DNA of 56,058 nt from an uncultured Rheinheimera sp. GTDB taxonomy: Bacteria; Pseudomonadota; Gammaproteobacteria; Enterobacterales; Alteromonadaceae. Positions 9,439 through 19,419 of this stretch are shown here, one piece after another (positions within the stretch are counted from its first letter, which is position 1; the number at the start of each line of letters is the position of its first letter). Location: NCBI GenBank assembly GCA_966244125.1, contig CBIMJC010000001.1, forward strand, positions 1 through 56,058. The letters are read 5' to 3'. The notes beneath the pieces are model-generated. The model did not search any database. It was not told the origin of the DNA and was given only the letters and a program-made list of their open reading frames with translations. A program made the translations under genes and the position numbers.

Positions 9439-12084
9439 TCAGAACTTGTAGCTCAAACGAATACCTGCAGTTCTGCGTTGTGGCAAAGTCGCAACTACGG
9501 CATAAGGCACTGATTGGCCATTCGGGAAGAAGCCAAAGTCTACGTTACCAACAGCAGATTTAATCTTGTCGTCATCAAACAGGTTTTCCACGTAAGCGGT
9601 AACCAACCAGGACTGATACTGGGTGCCTGCGGACAAATCCCATTCCCAGTAAGCTGGCAGCTGAGAATGCTGGGCACGTTCAACGTTACGTTCAGAGCGG
9701 TACTGACCAAACAATTCGACAAAGCTGGCCGCTCCGCCTATGTCAAAGGAGTAACGGCCTGTGATGGTGCCAGAATGTTTTGACGACAAAGGCAAAGGCT
9801 GACCAGAGAAATCCGCGTCTGCATTACCAGCAATCATTTTGTCGACGTCACTGACTTTGGCGCCAGCCAGATCGGCGTTTTCCAGAATAGTAGTCAGGTT
9901 AAAATCAGTGTATTCGGCATCTGAGTACAAATAGGCCATAGACAAGCGGAAGTTATGGCTCACCTGCCAGACTGACTCCAGCTCTATACCTTTAACCTGA
10001 CTTTCACCGGCGTTAATCACAGACACAACCGCCAGTCCCATGTTATTGGTCAGGGTGAAGGGTGTTTGTTGATCCGAATATTTCCAGTAAAAGGCTGACA
10101 GATTGACGCTGGCATTGTTCTCCAGCGAATAGGCTTTGGCGCCTACTTCATAAGCAATCAGCTTTTCTGGTTTGTATACGCCATCAGTCACGTCGCCGTT
10201 GGCATCCGTGGTTGCAACGCCACTGGGTTTAAAGCCTTTGGAAACTGAGGCATAGGTAAAGACGGTTTCATTTAACTGATAATCGATACTGGCTCGCGGC
10301 AAAAACGCTGTATTATCAATGCTGTTTGAGGTGTGATAAGCCGGATTTGGCACCATGGTCTGGGTCACCGGGTCGAAAATCACACTGTTATCCATCATGA
10401 AGGCATCGTAGGTACGATTGTCGGCGTTGCCTGTGTAGCCTATGGTTTCATCGAGATAACGGCCTTCAAAGCCCAGGTTCAGGTCGTCAGTGACAGCCCA
10501 GTTGAGCAAAGCAGCGACAGACCAGTGGTCGGTGTCGCGGGTCATAGGTGTGACCACGTTTTGCCCGTCAGGCAGAGGCGCGTTTTTTATATCTTTGATA
10601 AAGCTGGTGAAAGGGGAGCGAGCTAAGGTCTTGATGACAGTCGGCTCGTGAGCACCTTCCCGCAACCAGAATTGGGTGCCAAAAGCTGTGTGCATATCTT
10701 CTTGCCAGAGCAGAGCCGAGGTCACCCAATTCACGGGCCCTGTTTCACCACTTAAACGGAATTCCTGACTGTACTGCTCCAATTCAAAGGCAGTATTGAC
10801 GTCAGCCTGAAAACCGTATTGCGACCAGGCCGCAGGCCCCAGATTTGGCGCTGCATAAAGAGAATAATTGGTCTTGTCGAAGTCTTCCTGAATATCCGAT
10901 TTGCTTTTGGTATAGCCGGACACAGAGCTGAACTCTATACCATCACTGGACCAGAGAAACTCCAGTGAAGCCCGGCTGTTTTTAATATCAGTGCCTGTGT
11001 AATCTTCGCCCGTTAAAGGGTTCAGCGAAAGGTCGATCAGGCTGGCATCGCCAGTGATAGTGCCTCTGACCATAGCGCGGCAGTCAGGCTGCACTGCATA
11101 GCCCATGCGGGTGATAATACTGTTAAAGGAGTTCCAGTAGGGATAATCGTAAGCTGATGTACAGTCAACACCCTGACCGTTTGCATCCCAGGCGTAAGGC
11201 AACATCACCGCGCCCTGAGCTGTATTCACTGAACCCGTGCCAAAGATGTTACCTGGCGTGTTTTCTGGCAGCATACTGCGGATAGTAAAAGTTGGACGCT
11301 GGCCGTAATGTTCATCTGAATGCTCAGCGCGGAAATATACAGATATTTCATCTGTCGGCAGGTAAAAGGCTGAAATCGCAGCGCCCTGAGAGTCAGAACC
11401 GCCGAGCAGATCACCACTGTTTGGGTTGGAATACTGGCCGTCACTGTTGGAGTCAATCAATTTGATTTTTGCTGCCAGCTTATCAGTGAGCCCACCTTCT
11501 AAAGCCACAGCCAAATCGCGGGTATTATCTTGTGCCAGGTGCACATCCACTTTTGTTTGGGTATCAAAACCCGGTTTTTTGGTCACATAGTTGATGGCGC
11601 CGGCAAAAGCACTACGACCATAGTTGACACTTTGTGGGCCTTTGACCACTTCCACCTGCTGTATATCCAGCAGTTTCATATTGGCTGTCGTACCACCACC
11701 AGACAAGGTCATGGTTTCGGAGGAGACGTCTATACCATCAATCAGCACTGCAACGTTTGGACGACCACGGTCTATGGTCAGGCCACGAATAGTGGGACGG
11801 GTGTCGTTCGGGCCGGCACCAATATCAAAGGTTAAACCGTTAATCAGTTTGGCGACATCTGCAGTATCCTGCACACCTTTTTCTTCAATTTGTTGTGATG
11901 TGACCGCAGAGATAGCTAAAGGTATGGTTTCGATGGTTTCAGCTATTTTCCGGGTCTTTACCTGAATTCGTTCAATAGTAGCGTCCTGCCCTTCTGTACT
12001 CTCTTGTTGAGCCATGGCGATGCCATGTACTCCCTGAGCAAATAAGGCAGCGATCGCCAGACTAAGTTTCTTCTTATTGTGCAT
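9439..12084 (-). CDS. TonB-dependent outer-membrane receptor
   Basis: Signal peptide from MHNKKKLSLAIAAL, TonB box (ERIQVKTRK), plug VEVVKGPQS..YG..A.AGAINYVTKKP, C-terminal F; AGGAG RBS before 12084. Confidence 0.95.
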   Translation of the reverse strand: MHNKKKLSLAIAALFAQGVHGIAMAQQESTEGQDATIERIQVKTRKIAETIETIPLAISAVTSQQIEEKGVQDTADVAKLINGLTFDIGAGPNDTRPTIRGLTIDRGRPNVAVLIDGIDVSSETMTLSGGGTTANMKLLDIQQVEVVKGPQSVNYGRSAFAGAINYVTKKPGFDTQTKVDVHLAQDNTRDLAVALEGGLTDKLAAKIKLIDSNSDGQYSNPNSGDLLGGSDSQGAAISAFYLPTDEISVYFRAEHSDEHYGQRPTFTIRSMLPENTPGNIFGTGSVNTAQGAVMLPYAWDANGQGVDCTSAYDYPYWNSFNSIITRMGYAVQPDCRAMVRGTITGDASLIDLSLNPLTGEDYTGTDIKNSRASLEFLWSSDGIEFSSVSGYTKSKSDIQEDFDKTNYSLYAAPNLGPAAWSQYGFQADVNTAFELEQYSQEFRLSGETGPVNWVTSALLWQEDMHTAFGTQFWLREGAHEPTVIKTLARSPFTSFIKDIKNAPLPDGQNVVTPMTRDTDHWSVAALLNWAVTDDLNLGFEGRYLDETIGYTGNADNRTYDAFMMDNSVIFDPVTQTMVPNPAYHTSNSIDNTAFLPRASIDYQLNETVFTYASVSKGFKPSGVATTDANGDVTDGVYKPEKLIAYEVGAKAYSLENNASVNLSAFYWKYSDQQTPFTLTNNMGLAVVSVINAGESQVKGIELESVWQVSHNFRLSMAYLYSDAEYTDFNLTTILENADLAGAKVSDVDKMIAGNADADFSGQPLPLSSKHSGTITGRYSFDIGGAASFVELFGQYRSERNVERAQHSQLPAYWEWDLSAGTQYQSWLVTAYVENLFDDDKIKSAVGNVDFGFFPNGQSVPYAVVATLPQRRTAGIRLSYKF

Positions 12085-12214
12085 GCTCCCACTCCTGAAG
12101 TGAAAATGTCCCATTTGGCTTGTTCTTTTTTAATTCTGTTTGCTCAATAAACAACCTGATGCCGTTTTAATCTACATACTTTGTTATATTGATGCAATAT
12201 TAAAACAAATATAA

Positions 12215-12232
12215 TGATATACCAATAGGTCA
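12215..12232. promoter_or_regulatory. Island operator palindrome, site 2 (TGATATACCAATAGGTCA)
   Basis: Upstream of the receptor gene; matches the consensus. Confidence 0.7.
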
Positions 12233-12546
12233 AAATGGCTTGATTTTTTCGCATGTTATTGAAATTTAATGAATTAAATTTTCAAAAAAAGATCACTTTT
12301 TCTGAAAAAAAACTCAGAAGCAGTGCAAAATCAGGGTTTTTGCCAGCTTTAAAACGCAGGATTTGAGTGATTTTTAGACGAAATACAGGCTGAAGGAGAC
12401 GGAATAGCTGACGTCTGATGCAGGTCGTATTCAGCATCCAATATGCTGGAAACTGCCAGCGAAATAAAGAGCTGTTACCTGCATTTTATGTAGCAGCAGG
12501 TAGCACGCCATGCTGCTTGGTAATAAAGATTTGGCGAACGCTGGTA

Positions 12547-13197
12547 TCAAGGGTGTTTACTGGCGACAAACCCCTGCAAGGCCGTGTTCATTTCGGCTAT
12601 ACCCTGGCGAACCTCAGCGTCTTCATTCACCCAGTGCCACCAGTCTGATAGCTGGGCGTAAGGCTGCAAAATCTGCTCGCAACCAAATAAGCGCGGAGTT
12701 TCAATGGCAAAAAACAAATTGGTTGCTAATGCAATATCACCGATCGAGAGTGCACGTTGTCGAAAGGGGGGCAAAGCTGCAAGCAGCCGTTCGCCTTTTT
12801 GCAGTTCTTGCTGCAGTCGGGTGATTTCTTGTGTGGCATCAATGGCTTTACCGGTTAGCAGCGCAATAAAGAGGGGAAATAGCGCCGGCGACAGATGCAA
12901 ATCGGCATAACGGGCCAGCATATTGATATGCGCAATTCCCAGGGCATCAACCGGCCGCAAACTGATTTCAGGAAAGCTGGCTTCCAGATATTCCATAATG
13001 GCCCAGGACTCCCCCAGACTAGTGCCGTCATCCAGCAGCAATACGGGAATTTTGCCTAAAGGGTAGAGTTCAGCAAATTCAGGCGTGCGCAGCGCCGGAT
13101 TGACAGGCGCTGCTATCTGGATCGGCAGCTGTTTTTTACGGATCTGAATTCGCACCCGGGTGGAGTAAGGCGAAAAATTACTGCTTAATAACTGCAT
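12547..13197 (-). CDS. Glutathione S-transferase
   Basis: SPYSTRVRI, PLGKIPVL, ESWAIMEYL, SIGDI N-cap. Confidence 0.92.
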   Translation of the reverse strand: MQLLSSNFSPYSTRVRIQIRKKQLPIQIAAPVNPALRTPEFAELYPLGKIPVLLLDDGTSLGESWAIMEYLEASFPEISLRPVDALGIAHINMLARYADLHLSPALFPLFIALLTGKAIDATQEITRLQQELQKGERLLAALPPFRQRALSIGDIALATNLFFAIETPRLFGCEQILQPYAQLSDWWHWVNEDAEVRQGIAEMNTALQGFVASKHP

Positions 13198-13222
13198 TAG
13201 ATGCACCCCTTAGTTTGCCTGT

Positions 13223-13897
13223 TCATGGATTAATTAAATGCATGCCTAAAGCTGTATTGAGCAGTAAGCCAAGCCAGATCAGATAAACAAAAGGCCGGGC
13301 TTTGGCCAGACAGCCATTAATCACACCGTCCACTTGTGGGTTGGGGCCTTGCTGCAACATGGTCGCAAAGGCCGGACCAAAAGGTTTCAGCGCCAGCCGG
13401 ATGCCTAAACCACAGCCCACCAGCGCAGCAAATACAATCAGTTTCCAGGCCAGATAGTCCATCAGTATCAGCGACTTGTCGCCCAGCAATGACTGAATGC
13501 CGAAATACAGACAAGCCGCAATCACCAAAAGCCGGAAGCTAAAGTCGATGCGGGTAAGTTTGGGGACATAACTTTTGTCATGCCCCAGATGAATCGCCAG
13601 TACCATAACCAGCCAATACAGGCAGATCAGCCAGGTGGCGATCATAGCCCAGGCCGGAATAGGCATTAACCCAGTGTTGTAAGCCATTTGAATACCTGGT
13701 GCCAAAATCAGCGCCATACAAATGCGCGGCCCCTGATCCACACCCATCATAATTTTTAACGCTGTTACCCGTTGTTCAGCACTCTGGCCTGCTTTGGCGA
13801 CAAAACGTGACGCGTAAAAGGTGCCCAAATCGCCGCCCAGCCAATAGACAAAGAGCACTATGTGCAGAAGTTTTAACAATAAATAAGTTTCGGCCAT
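13223..13897 (-). CDS. Integral membrane protein (about 6 TM), unknown function
   Basis: Hydrophobic helices; N-terminal K.LH......W.GG motif. Confidence 0.75.
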   Translation of the reverse strand: MAETYLLLKLLHIVLFVYWLGGDLGTFYASRFVAKAGQSAEQRVTALKIMMGVDQGPRICMALILAPGIQMAYNTGLMPIPAWAMIATWLICLYWLVMVLAIHLGHDKSYVPKLTRIDFSFRLLVIAACLYFGIQSLLGDKSLILMDYLAWKLIVFAALVGCGLGIRLALKPFGPAFATMLQQGPNPQVDGVINGCLAKARPFVYLIWLGLLLNTALGMHLINP

Positions 13898-13974
13898 AAT
13901 ATAAACTACTGATATTTAAGTGAAAGAGACGGCATATCCTGAAGGATTGCCCTAAATAAACTGTGGCTTGATCC

Positions 13975-14466
13975 TTAGCCATGCACCACTTTGGCGTAAC
14001 TGCCAGAATGAAAAAGCAGGGGTTGATTACACTCACTCATTTCATACTGCAGCACCCGGCCTACCAGAATCACATGGTCACCCCCATCGTACTGATGCTG
14101 GCAGACACACTGAAAACGCACGCTGTAATCGGTGAGCAGTGGCACTTCGGCCACCCCTTGATCCAAAGCCAAATCGGCGAACTTATCCGCCCCTTGTCGG
14201 GCAAAATGGTTAGATAATTCCTGCTGATGCTCGCCCAGCACATGCACGGCAAAGTGTTTGCCTTCACCAAAAGAATCGATAGAACGGGCTTGTTTCTTCA
14301 GGCTCCACAGCACCAGAGGCGGATCCAGCGACACCGAGTTAAAACTGCTGGCGGTGACACCAATTTTTTCGCCTTTGGTATTTTTTGTGGTCACTATGGT
14401 GACGCCGGTTGGAAATTTACCCAGTGCCCGGCGAAAATCAGTGGGGTCGAATTGCTGTTGGCTCAT
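13975..14466 (-). CDS. Flavin reductase (HpaC/DIM6/NTAB family)
   Basis: FRRALGKFPTGVTIVT, SFNSVSLDPPLV, GGDH. Confidence 0.95.
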   Translation of the reverse strand: MSQQQFDPTDFRRALGKFPTGVTIVTTKNTKGEKIGVTASSFNSVSLDPPLVLWSLKKQARSIDSFGEGKHFAVHVLGEHQQELSNHFARQGADKFADLALDQGVAEVPLLTDYSVRFQCVCQHQYDGGDHVILVGRVLQYEMSECNQPLLFHSGSYAKVVHG

Positions 14467-14492
14467 AGGGGCTCCGATACAAGGCTACTGAG

Positions 14493-15482
14493 TTATTTAA
14501 TGTATTTAGCGCTTAATACATTGGCACCAGCTGTCCAGTCCAGCACACCAAAGCAGGTGTATAACTCATCATTGGACTGGTAAAACTGCCAGACACCACA
14601 AAGGTCGAATTTGTCGTTGATCAGGGTGTCGCGGCTTTTCAGCTTAAAGGCTTCGCCATAAAAGTGTTGAGTGCTCCACAAATAGCGGCCATAAGCACGG
14701 CCATTACCAAAGACGTCCGGGCCTTCAAAGGTGTGGACTGCATCTACCCGCGAGCGTTTGTAGCTAAAAGTGCGTTCAATGGTGCCTGTCATGCTCACTG
14801 TCACTTCAGCGCTGCGCAGGTTCAGTGGTTGATAGTTGATGACAATATGGGTTTGGCCCAAACGCTGCTGTTTGTTGTCGTACACTTCAAAACTACCTGT
14901 CCACTGGCCTGCTTCTTTTACCGGCAGAATAAATGGCTTGATTGCGGCCTGACGCTCTGCAGCCAGAAAATCCGCCACTTTCTTTTGTTCATCCGGGTTA
15001 TTGGCATGGTCCTGAGTCACTACATACAGGCCATTGAATACCGCGACTAAGGTATCGGCTTCAAACAGCTGGGACGAATACACCTGCAGGCCGTGTTCGG
15101 GCAGAATTAAATTCACTGTGCGTAAGTCGGTGTTCCAGCCCGGCGAGTAGTAGTTGGAATCCACCAGCAAACCATAAGGCTTACCAGCGCCAACAAAGTC
15201 AGGGCCACAATAAATGCGGTCTTTGTCCGAATCTATCACGCCAAATTCAAAGCGGGCGCCTGCTGTGTCAAAACGGTTACGCAAAAGGCCGGAGTTCTGA
15301 AAGTCTGTTTCCATCCAGTACGTGACTTTATCGCCTTCAAACACGCTGGCGCGGTTTACTTTATTAAAACCTGTGTGGCTGCCGTTGGCGTCAAAAACGG
15401 AAGGCAATCCATGCCACTCGCCGGTAATAGCCTGTTGAAATTTACTGGGTTGTTGCTCGCTACTCTGCTTATTGTCTGGCAT
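14493..15482 (-). CDS. Hypothetical protein, probable tandem calycin-like beta-barrel (DUF3598-like)
   Basis: Two repeats each starting with a G-x-W-x-G motif (GEWHGLPSVFD, GQWTGSFEVYD), both later with (F/Y).GPD..G.G..YG; beta-strand pattern. Confidence 0.6.
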   Translation of the reverse strand: MPDNKQSSEQQPSKFQQAITGEWHGLPSVFDANGSHTGFNKVNRASVFEGDKVTYWMETDFQNSGLLRNRFDTAGARFEFGVIDSDKDRIYCGPDFVGAGKPYGLLVDSNYYSPGWNTDLRTVNLILPEHGLQVYSSQLFEADTLVAVFNGLYVVTQDHANNPDEQKKVADFLAAERQAAIKPFILPVKEAGQWTGSFEVYDNKQQRLGQTHIVINYQPLNLRSAEVTVSMTGTIERTFSYKRSRVDAVHTFEGPDVFGNGRAYGRYLWSTQHFYGEAFKLKSRDTLINDKFDLCGVWQFYQSNDELYTCFGVLDWTAGANVLSAKYIK

Positions 15483-15614
15483 AGTGAGTTCTCTGTGATT
15501 CGTTTTTGCTAAAGCCTGTACACAGGCATCATTACTGGTTTTGTGTCTTTACTTCAGGGCTCTAAGCAGGGATCTGTGCTTCCCTGCTCTGCCTGCAGTG
15601 CCATCACGTCATGT

Positions 15615-15648
15615 TGATATATCCTATATTAGATATAATGCTATATCA
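15615..15648. promoter_or_regulatory. Island operator palindrome, site 3 (AGATATAATGCTATATCA at 15631-15648 plus an overlapping imperfect copy at 15615-15631)
   Basis: Divergent promoter gap; consensus match. Confidence 0.75.
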
Positions 15649-15724
15649 ATAAATCTTTTTTTGTTGATTTATCCATCAGTGCAGCGTTTAATACAAACAG
15701 AGCCGTCATATGGAGAGAATAGCC

Positions 15725-16402
15725 ATGGAACTGTCGTCAAAAACTGCCAGAGAAATTTACACGGACATCAAAAACAACCCGACCCGCAAAAAATTTGGTT
15801 TTGGCCATAAAGCAGTGTTGGTCAATATCGATCTGCAAAAAGCCTATACCTGCGTTGGGGAATTCAAAACAGCCTACGAAACCGATCCGCATCAGCTGCA
15901 TTATGTGAACGAGCTGGCGAAAAAATTCCGTGCCAAAGGCTGGCCTGTGGTCTGGACTCATGTGGCTTATATGGACGACGCCTGTGACGCTGGTGTCTGG
16001 GGTACCAGAACCAATACCGAAGATTCATTGCAGAATATTAAGTTTGGCTCACGCCGCGCCGAATTCGACGACAGATTAGAAATAGACAAAAGCAAAGATG
16101 TGATTTACCTGAAAAAAATGCCATCGGCTTTTTTTGAAACTCAGCTGCAATCTTTGTTGGTCTGGCATCAGGTGGATACAGTGATACTGACGGGCGGTTC
16201 TACTTCAGGTTGTATCCGCGCCACTGCTGTGGACGCTTTATCCCGTGGTTACCGCACCATAGTGCCTGAGCAGTGTGTGGCCGACAAACATGAAAGTTAC
16301 CACTTTGCCAACCTGACCGACTTACTACTCAAATACGCCGATGTAGAAGATGTCGACACTGTATTCAGGTGGTTAGACGGCACCAATAAAATTGCCGATT
16401 AA
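15725..16402 (+). CDS. Isochorismatase-family cysteine amidase, copy 1 (maleamate amidohydrolase / N-carbamoylsarcosine amidase-like)
   Basis: D-K-C triad: NIDLQ, KKMPSAFF, GGSTSGCIRATAVD. Confidence 0.88.
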   Translation: MELSSKTAREIYTDIKNNPTRKKFGFGHKAVLVNIDLQKAYTCVGEFKTAYETDPHQLHYVNELAKKFRAKGWPVVWTHVAYMDDACDAGVWGTRTNTEDSLQNIKFGSRRAEFDDRLEIDKSKDVIYLKKMPSAFFETQLQSLLVWHQVDTVILTGGSTSGCIRATAVDALSRGYRTIVPEQCVADKHESYHFANLTDLLLKYADVEDVDTVFRWLDGTNKIAD

Positions 16403-16435
16403 GTTGTGGGAGCACCAGTAAGGAAATCAACAGCG

Positions 16436-17416
16436 ATGAAAGCAAACCCGCAGTTTTATGATTATTGGCCCTATCAGGGGCGGCCCAAAATTCAATGGCC
16501 TAATGGCGCCAAAGTGGCGTTTTGGGTGGCTCCTAATATCGAATTTTATGAGTTAAATCCGCCAGCCAACCCGCACCGTGCCGCCTGGCCTCAGCCCTAT
16601 CCGGCGATACAGGGTTATGGCATTCGCGATTACGGCAACAGGGTGGGTCATATCCGCCAGATGCAACTATTGGATAAATATGGCGTGCGTGGCTCTATTT
16701 CGTTATCGACCGCACTTTGTGATCACCATCCGGAAATTATTCAGATGTGCAAAGAGCGCAACTGGGAGTTTTTCAGCCACGGCATTTACAATACCCGTTA
16801 CACCTACGGCATGACAGAGCAGCAGGAACGCGAGATGATCCGCGACTCCATGCTGACGATTTACCAACACACAGGCCAACACTGCGCTGGTTATCTGGCG
16901 CCGGCCTTGTCACATTCAGAACAGACCCTGGATTTATTCGCCGAAGTGGGAACTGAGCTGTTTGGTAAAGAGTCCGGGCTGTGGCAGGGTAAGGAAACTG
17001 GCGGCATTTATACCTGCGACTTATTCCACGACGACCAGCCCACTCCTGTTCATACCCGCAGCGGCAAACGTTTTGTCTCTATTCCTTATTCGCTGGAGAT
17101 GAACGACACCATTGCTTATGTAGTGAATAAAGTGGAGCCGCGCCGCTACGGTGAGATGCTGAAGCAAAACTTCGATCGGCTCTATCAGGAAGGTGCTGAG
17201 TCCGGCACTGTGATGTGTATCCCGACTCACAATTATCAGGTCAGCTGCCCGCATCGCTTAAAAGCTTTTGAAGAGGCGCTGGATTACATTACCAGTCACC
17301 CCGATGTATGGGTGACCACAGGGCGCGAAATTGCCGATTACTACCTGCAGCATTATTACGATGCTGCAGTACAGAACATCACGGAGCAGCATGCAGCCAT
17401 AGGAGTAAAAGCCTGA
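16436..17416 (+). CDS. CE4 polysaccharide-deacetylase-fold hydrolase, PuuE/cyclic-amide hydrolase-like, copy 1
   Basis: RPKIQWPNGAKVAFWV..NIE, DYGNRVG, SHG, DDQP, PYSLEMND. Confidence 0.85.
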   Translation: MKANPQFYDYWPYQGRPKIQWPNGAKVAFWVAPNIEFYELNPPANPHRAAWPQPYPAIQGYGIRDYGNRVGHIRQMQLLDKYGVRGSISLSTALCDHHPEIIQMCKERNWEFFSHGIYNTRYTYGMTEQQEREMIRDSMLTIYQHTGQHCAGYLAPALSHSEQTLDLFAEVGTELFGKESGLWQGKETGGIYTCDLFHDDQPTPVHTRSGKRFVSIPYSLEMNDTIAYVVNKVEPRRYGEMLKQNFDRLYQEGAESGTVMCIPTHNYQVSCPHRLKAFEEALDYITSHPDVWVTTGREIADYYLQHYYDAAVQNITEQHAAIGVKA

Positions 17417-18390
17417 TGTCTGACAAAACCTTACCGCCGGATTACCTGCAATACCCAGAGCGTCACTATGGCATGGACCACAGTTTTTACCCCTGGTCTA
17501 TGTTGCATCAGCGCAGAAACATCGTCTGGCCAAAGGGCAAAAAGCTGGCGCTGTGGCTGAATATCAGCGTGCAGTTTTTCCCGCTGGACCAAAAGGGCAA
17601 ACCTTATAAAGTACCGGGTGGCATGACTATGCCCTACCCCGACTTACGCCATTACAGCCTGCGCGACTATGGCAACAGAGTTGGTATTTTCCGTTTGTTA
17701 CAGGCGGTGGACCAGTACGGCGTAAAACCGACTTTTGCTGTGAATAGCCGTCTGGTGGAACAGGCGCCTTTGCTGCTGCATAAACTGGCAGAACGTGGTG
17801 ATGAAATTTTATGCCACGGCTGGGATATGGACTCCATTCACTGGGGCAATAGTGCTCAGGCCGAAGCCAATAACGAAGCGGCTTTAATCGAAAAATCACT
17901 GTCGGTATTACGTGAATTCACCGGCCAAGCCATCAGCGGCTGGCTCAGTCCGGCACAAAACCAAAGTGAAAACACCGGACGTTATTTGGCTGACAACGGC
18001 ATTTTGTATTGTGGCGACTGGGTCAATGACGATATGCCCTATTTCTTTAATAAAGAGAGCTTTAATTCCGAACATAAAGGCAGCCAGGGCAAGCCGCTAC
18101 TGAATATTCCGCTGTCCACCGAGCTGGATGACCAGTTTATTCTGCAAAATAACCTGCATTCCGAAGCCTCCTATCTGCAGCAGGTGTGCGATGCCTGCGA
18201 TCTGTTATTGGCCGAAGCAGAGCAGTATGGCGGCCGCTTACTGGCGCTGAATATTCACCCCTGGTTATTAGGGCAGCCACACCGTATTGCTTATTTTGAG
18301 CAACTGCTGGCCTACCTGACCAGTAAACCTGAGATCTGGCTGGCCACAGGCAGCGAGATTTATTCGGCATTTAGCGGGCAGTCCGAGTAA
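17416..18390 (+). CDS. CE4 polysaccharide-deacetylase-fold hydrolase, PuuE-like, copy 2
   Basis: WPKGKKLALW, DYGNRVG, CHG, GWLSP, DWVNDDMPY, HPWLLGQPHR; TGATG overlap gives start 17416. Confidence 0.85.
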   Translation: MSDKTLPPDYLQYPERHYGMDHSFYPWSMLHQRRNIVWPKGKKLALWLNISVQFFPLDQKGKPYKVPGGMTMPYPDLRHYSLRDYGNRVGIFRLLQAVDQYGVKPTFAVNSRLVEQAPLLLHKLAERGDEILCHGWDMDSIHWGNSAQAEANNEAALIEKSLSVLREFTGQAISGWLSPAQNQSENTGRYLADNGILYCGDWVNDDMPYFFNKESFNSEHKGSQGKPLLNIPLSTELDDQFILQNNLHSEASYLQQVCDACDLLLAEAEQYGGRLLALNIHPWLLGQPHRIAYFEQLLAYLTSKPEIWLATGSEIYSAFSGQSE

Positions 18391-18397
18391 ACTGCAA

Positions 18398-18423
18398 CAG
18401 GCCTTTGCTGCGACAAAGGCCTG
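18398..18423 (+). terminator. Hairpin / likely terminator after the amidase-hydrolase operon
   Basis: CAGGCCTTTG-CTGCGA-CAAAGGCCTG then ATATTT. Confidence 0.55.
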
Positions 18424-18465
18424 ATATTTCAGCTTCAAACCCTCATTTTCAGACGAGCACTTTGC

Positions 18466-19419
18466 ATGAAAACGGTATTTTTGGATCGCGACACCTTTAG
18501 CCCCGGCATCAATTTTTCCGCTATCGAACAGCAAGCCAGCAGCCTGACCTGTTACGGCATGACGCAGCCGAATCAGCTGCTGGAGCGCTGCCGCGATGCT
18601 GAAGTCATTATTTCCAACAAGGTGCTGTTAAATGCCGACAGCTTAAAGCAATTACCAGCTCTGAAGCTGGTGTGTATCGCCGCCACAGGCACCAACAATA
18701 TCGACTTAAAAGCCGCGCAGGAACTGGGCATAGCTGTGACCAATGTGGCAGGTTACGCCCGCCATACAGTGCCGCAGTATGTGTTTGCGCAAATACTGGC
18801 GTTTTACAGCCAAACCGAACACCATAACCAAAACACAGCCAAAGGCCTGTGGCCACAAAGCCCAACTTTTGTGGTGCTGGGCAACCCCATGTACCAGCTG
18901 GCGCATAAAACTTTAGGTTTAGTCGGCTACGGCGCACTCGCCAAAGGTGTGGAGAAAATCGCTTTGGCTTTTGATATGAAAGTCATTATCAGCGAACACG
19001 CAGGTGCAACAAGCATGCGCCCCGGCCGCGTCAGCTTCGACGAACTGCTCGCCACAGCCGACATTATCAGCCTGCACTGCCCACAAACCCCGGACACAGT
19101 GGGTTTAATTAATGCCGCAGCGCTTTCAAAAATGAAACCAAACGCCATGCTAATCAACACAGCCCGCGGCGCTTTGGTCGACAATCAGGCTTTACTTAAC
19201 GCATTACAGAACAAACAAATTGGCTACGCCGTGCTGGATGTTCTAGAGCAGGAACCACCCCCAGCCGACCATATTCTGCTAAACGCCAAACTCGATAATC
19301 TAAAAATCACCGCCCACATCGCCTGGGCCTGTCAGGAAGCCCAGCAGGCCCTGGTCAATATCATTGGCCGCAATATCCAGAGTTTTAAAGCTGGGGAGCG
19401 GGAGAATAGGGTGGTGTAG
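18466..19419 (+). CDS. D-2-hydroxyacid dehydrogenase (glycerate dehydrogenase / HprA-like)
   Basis: ATGTNNID, GLVGYGAL, SLHCP, INTARG, DVLEQEPP, TAHIAW. Confidence 0.9.
   Translation: MKTVFLDRDTFSPGINFSAIEQQASSLTCYGMTQPNQLLERCRDAEVIISNKVLLNADSLKQLPALKLVCIAATGTNNIDLKAAQELGIAVTNVAGYARHTVPQYVFAQILAFYSQTEHHNQNTAKGLWPQSPTFVVLGNPMYQLAHKTLGLVGYGALAKGVEKIALAFDMKVIISEHAGATSMRPGRVSFDELLATADIISLHCPQTPDTVGLINAAALSKMKPNAMLINTARGALVDNQALLNALQNKQIGYAVLDVLEQEPPPADHILLNAKLDNLKITAHIAWACQEAQQALVNIIGRNIQSFKAGERENRVV

Noticed and set aside
12240-12546. Possible sRNA or riboswitch in the long gap upstream of the TonB receptor
   Set aside because: AT-rich promoter-like DNA; I could not recognise cobalamin, TPP or other riboswitch cores.
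16436-18390. Polysaccharide/chitin deacetylases of a carbohydrate-utilisation locus
   Set aside because: No signal peptides, no glycoside hydrolases nearby, and PuuE-like N-termini.
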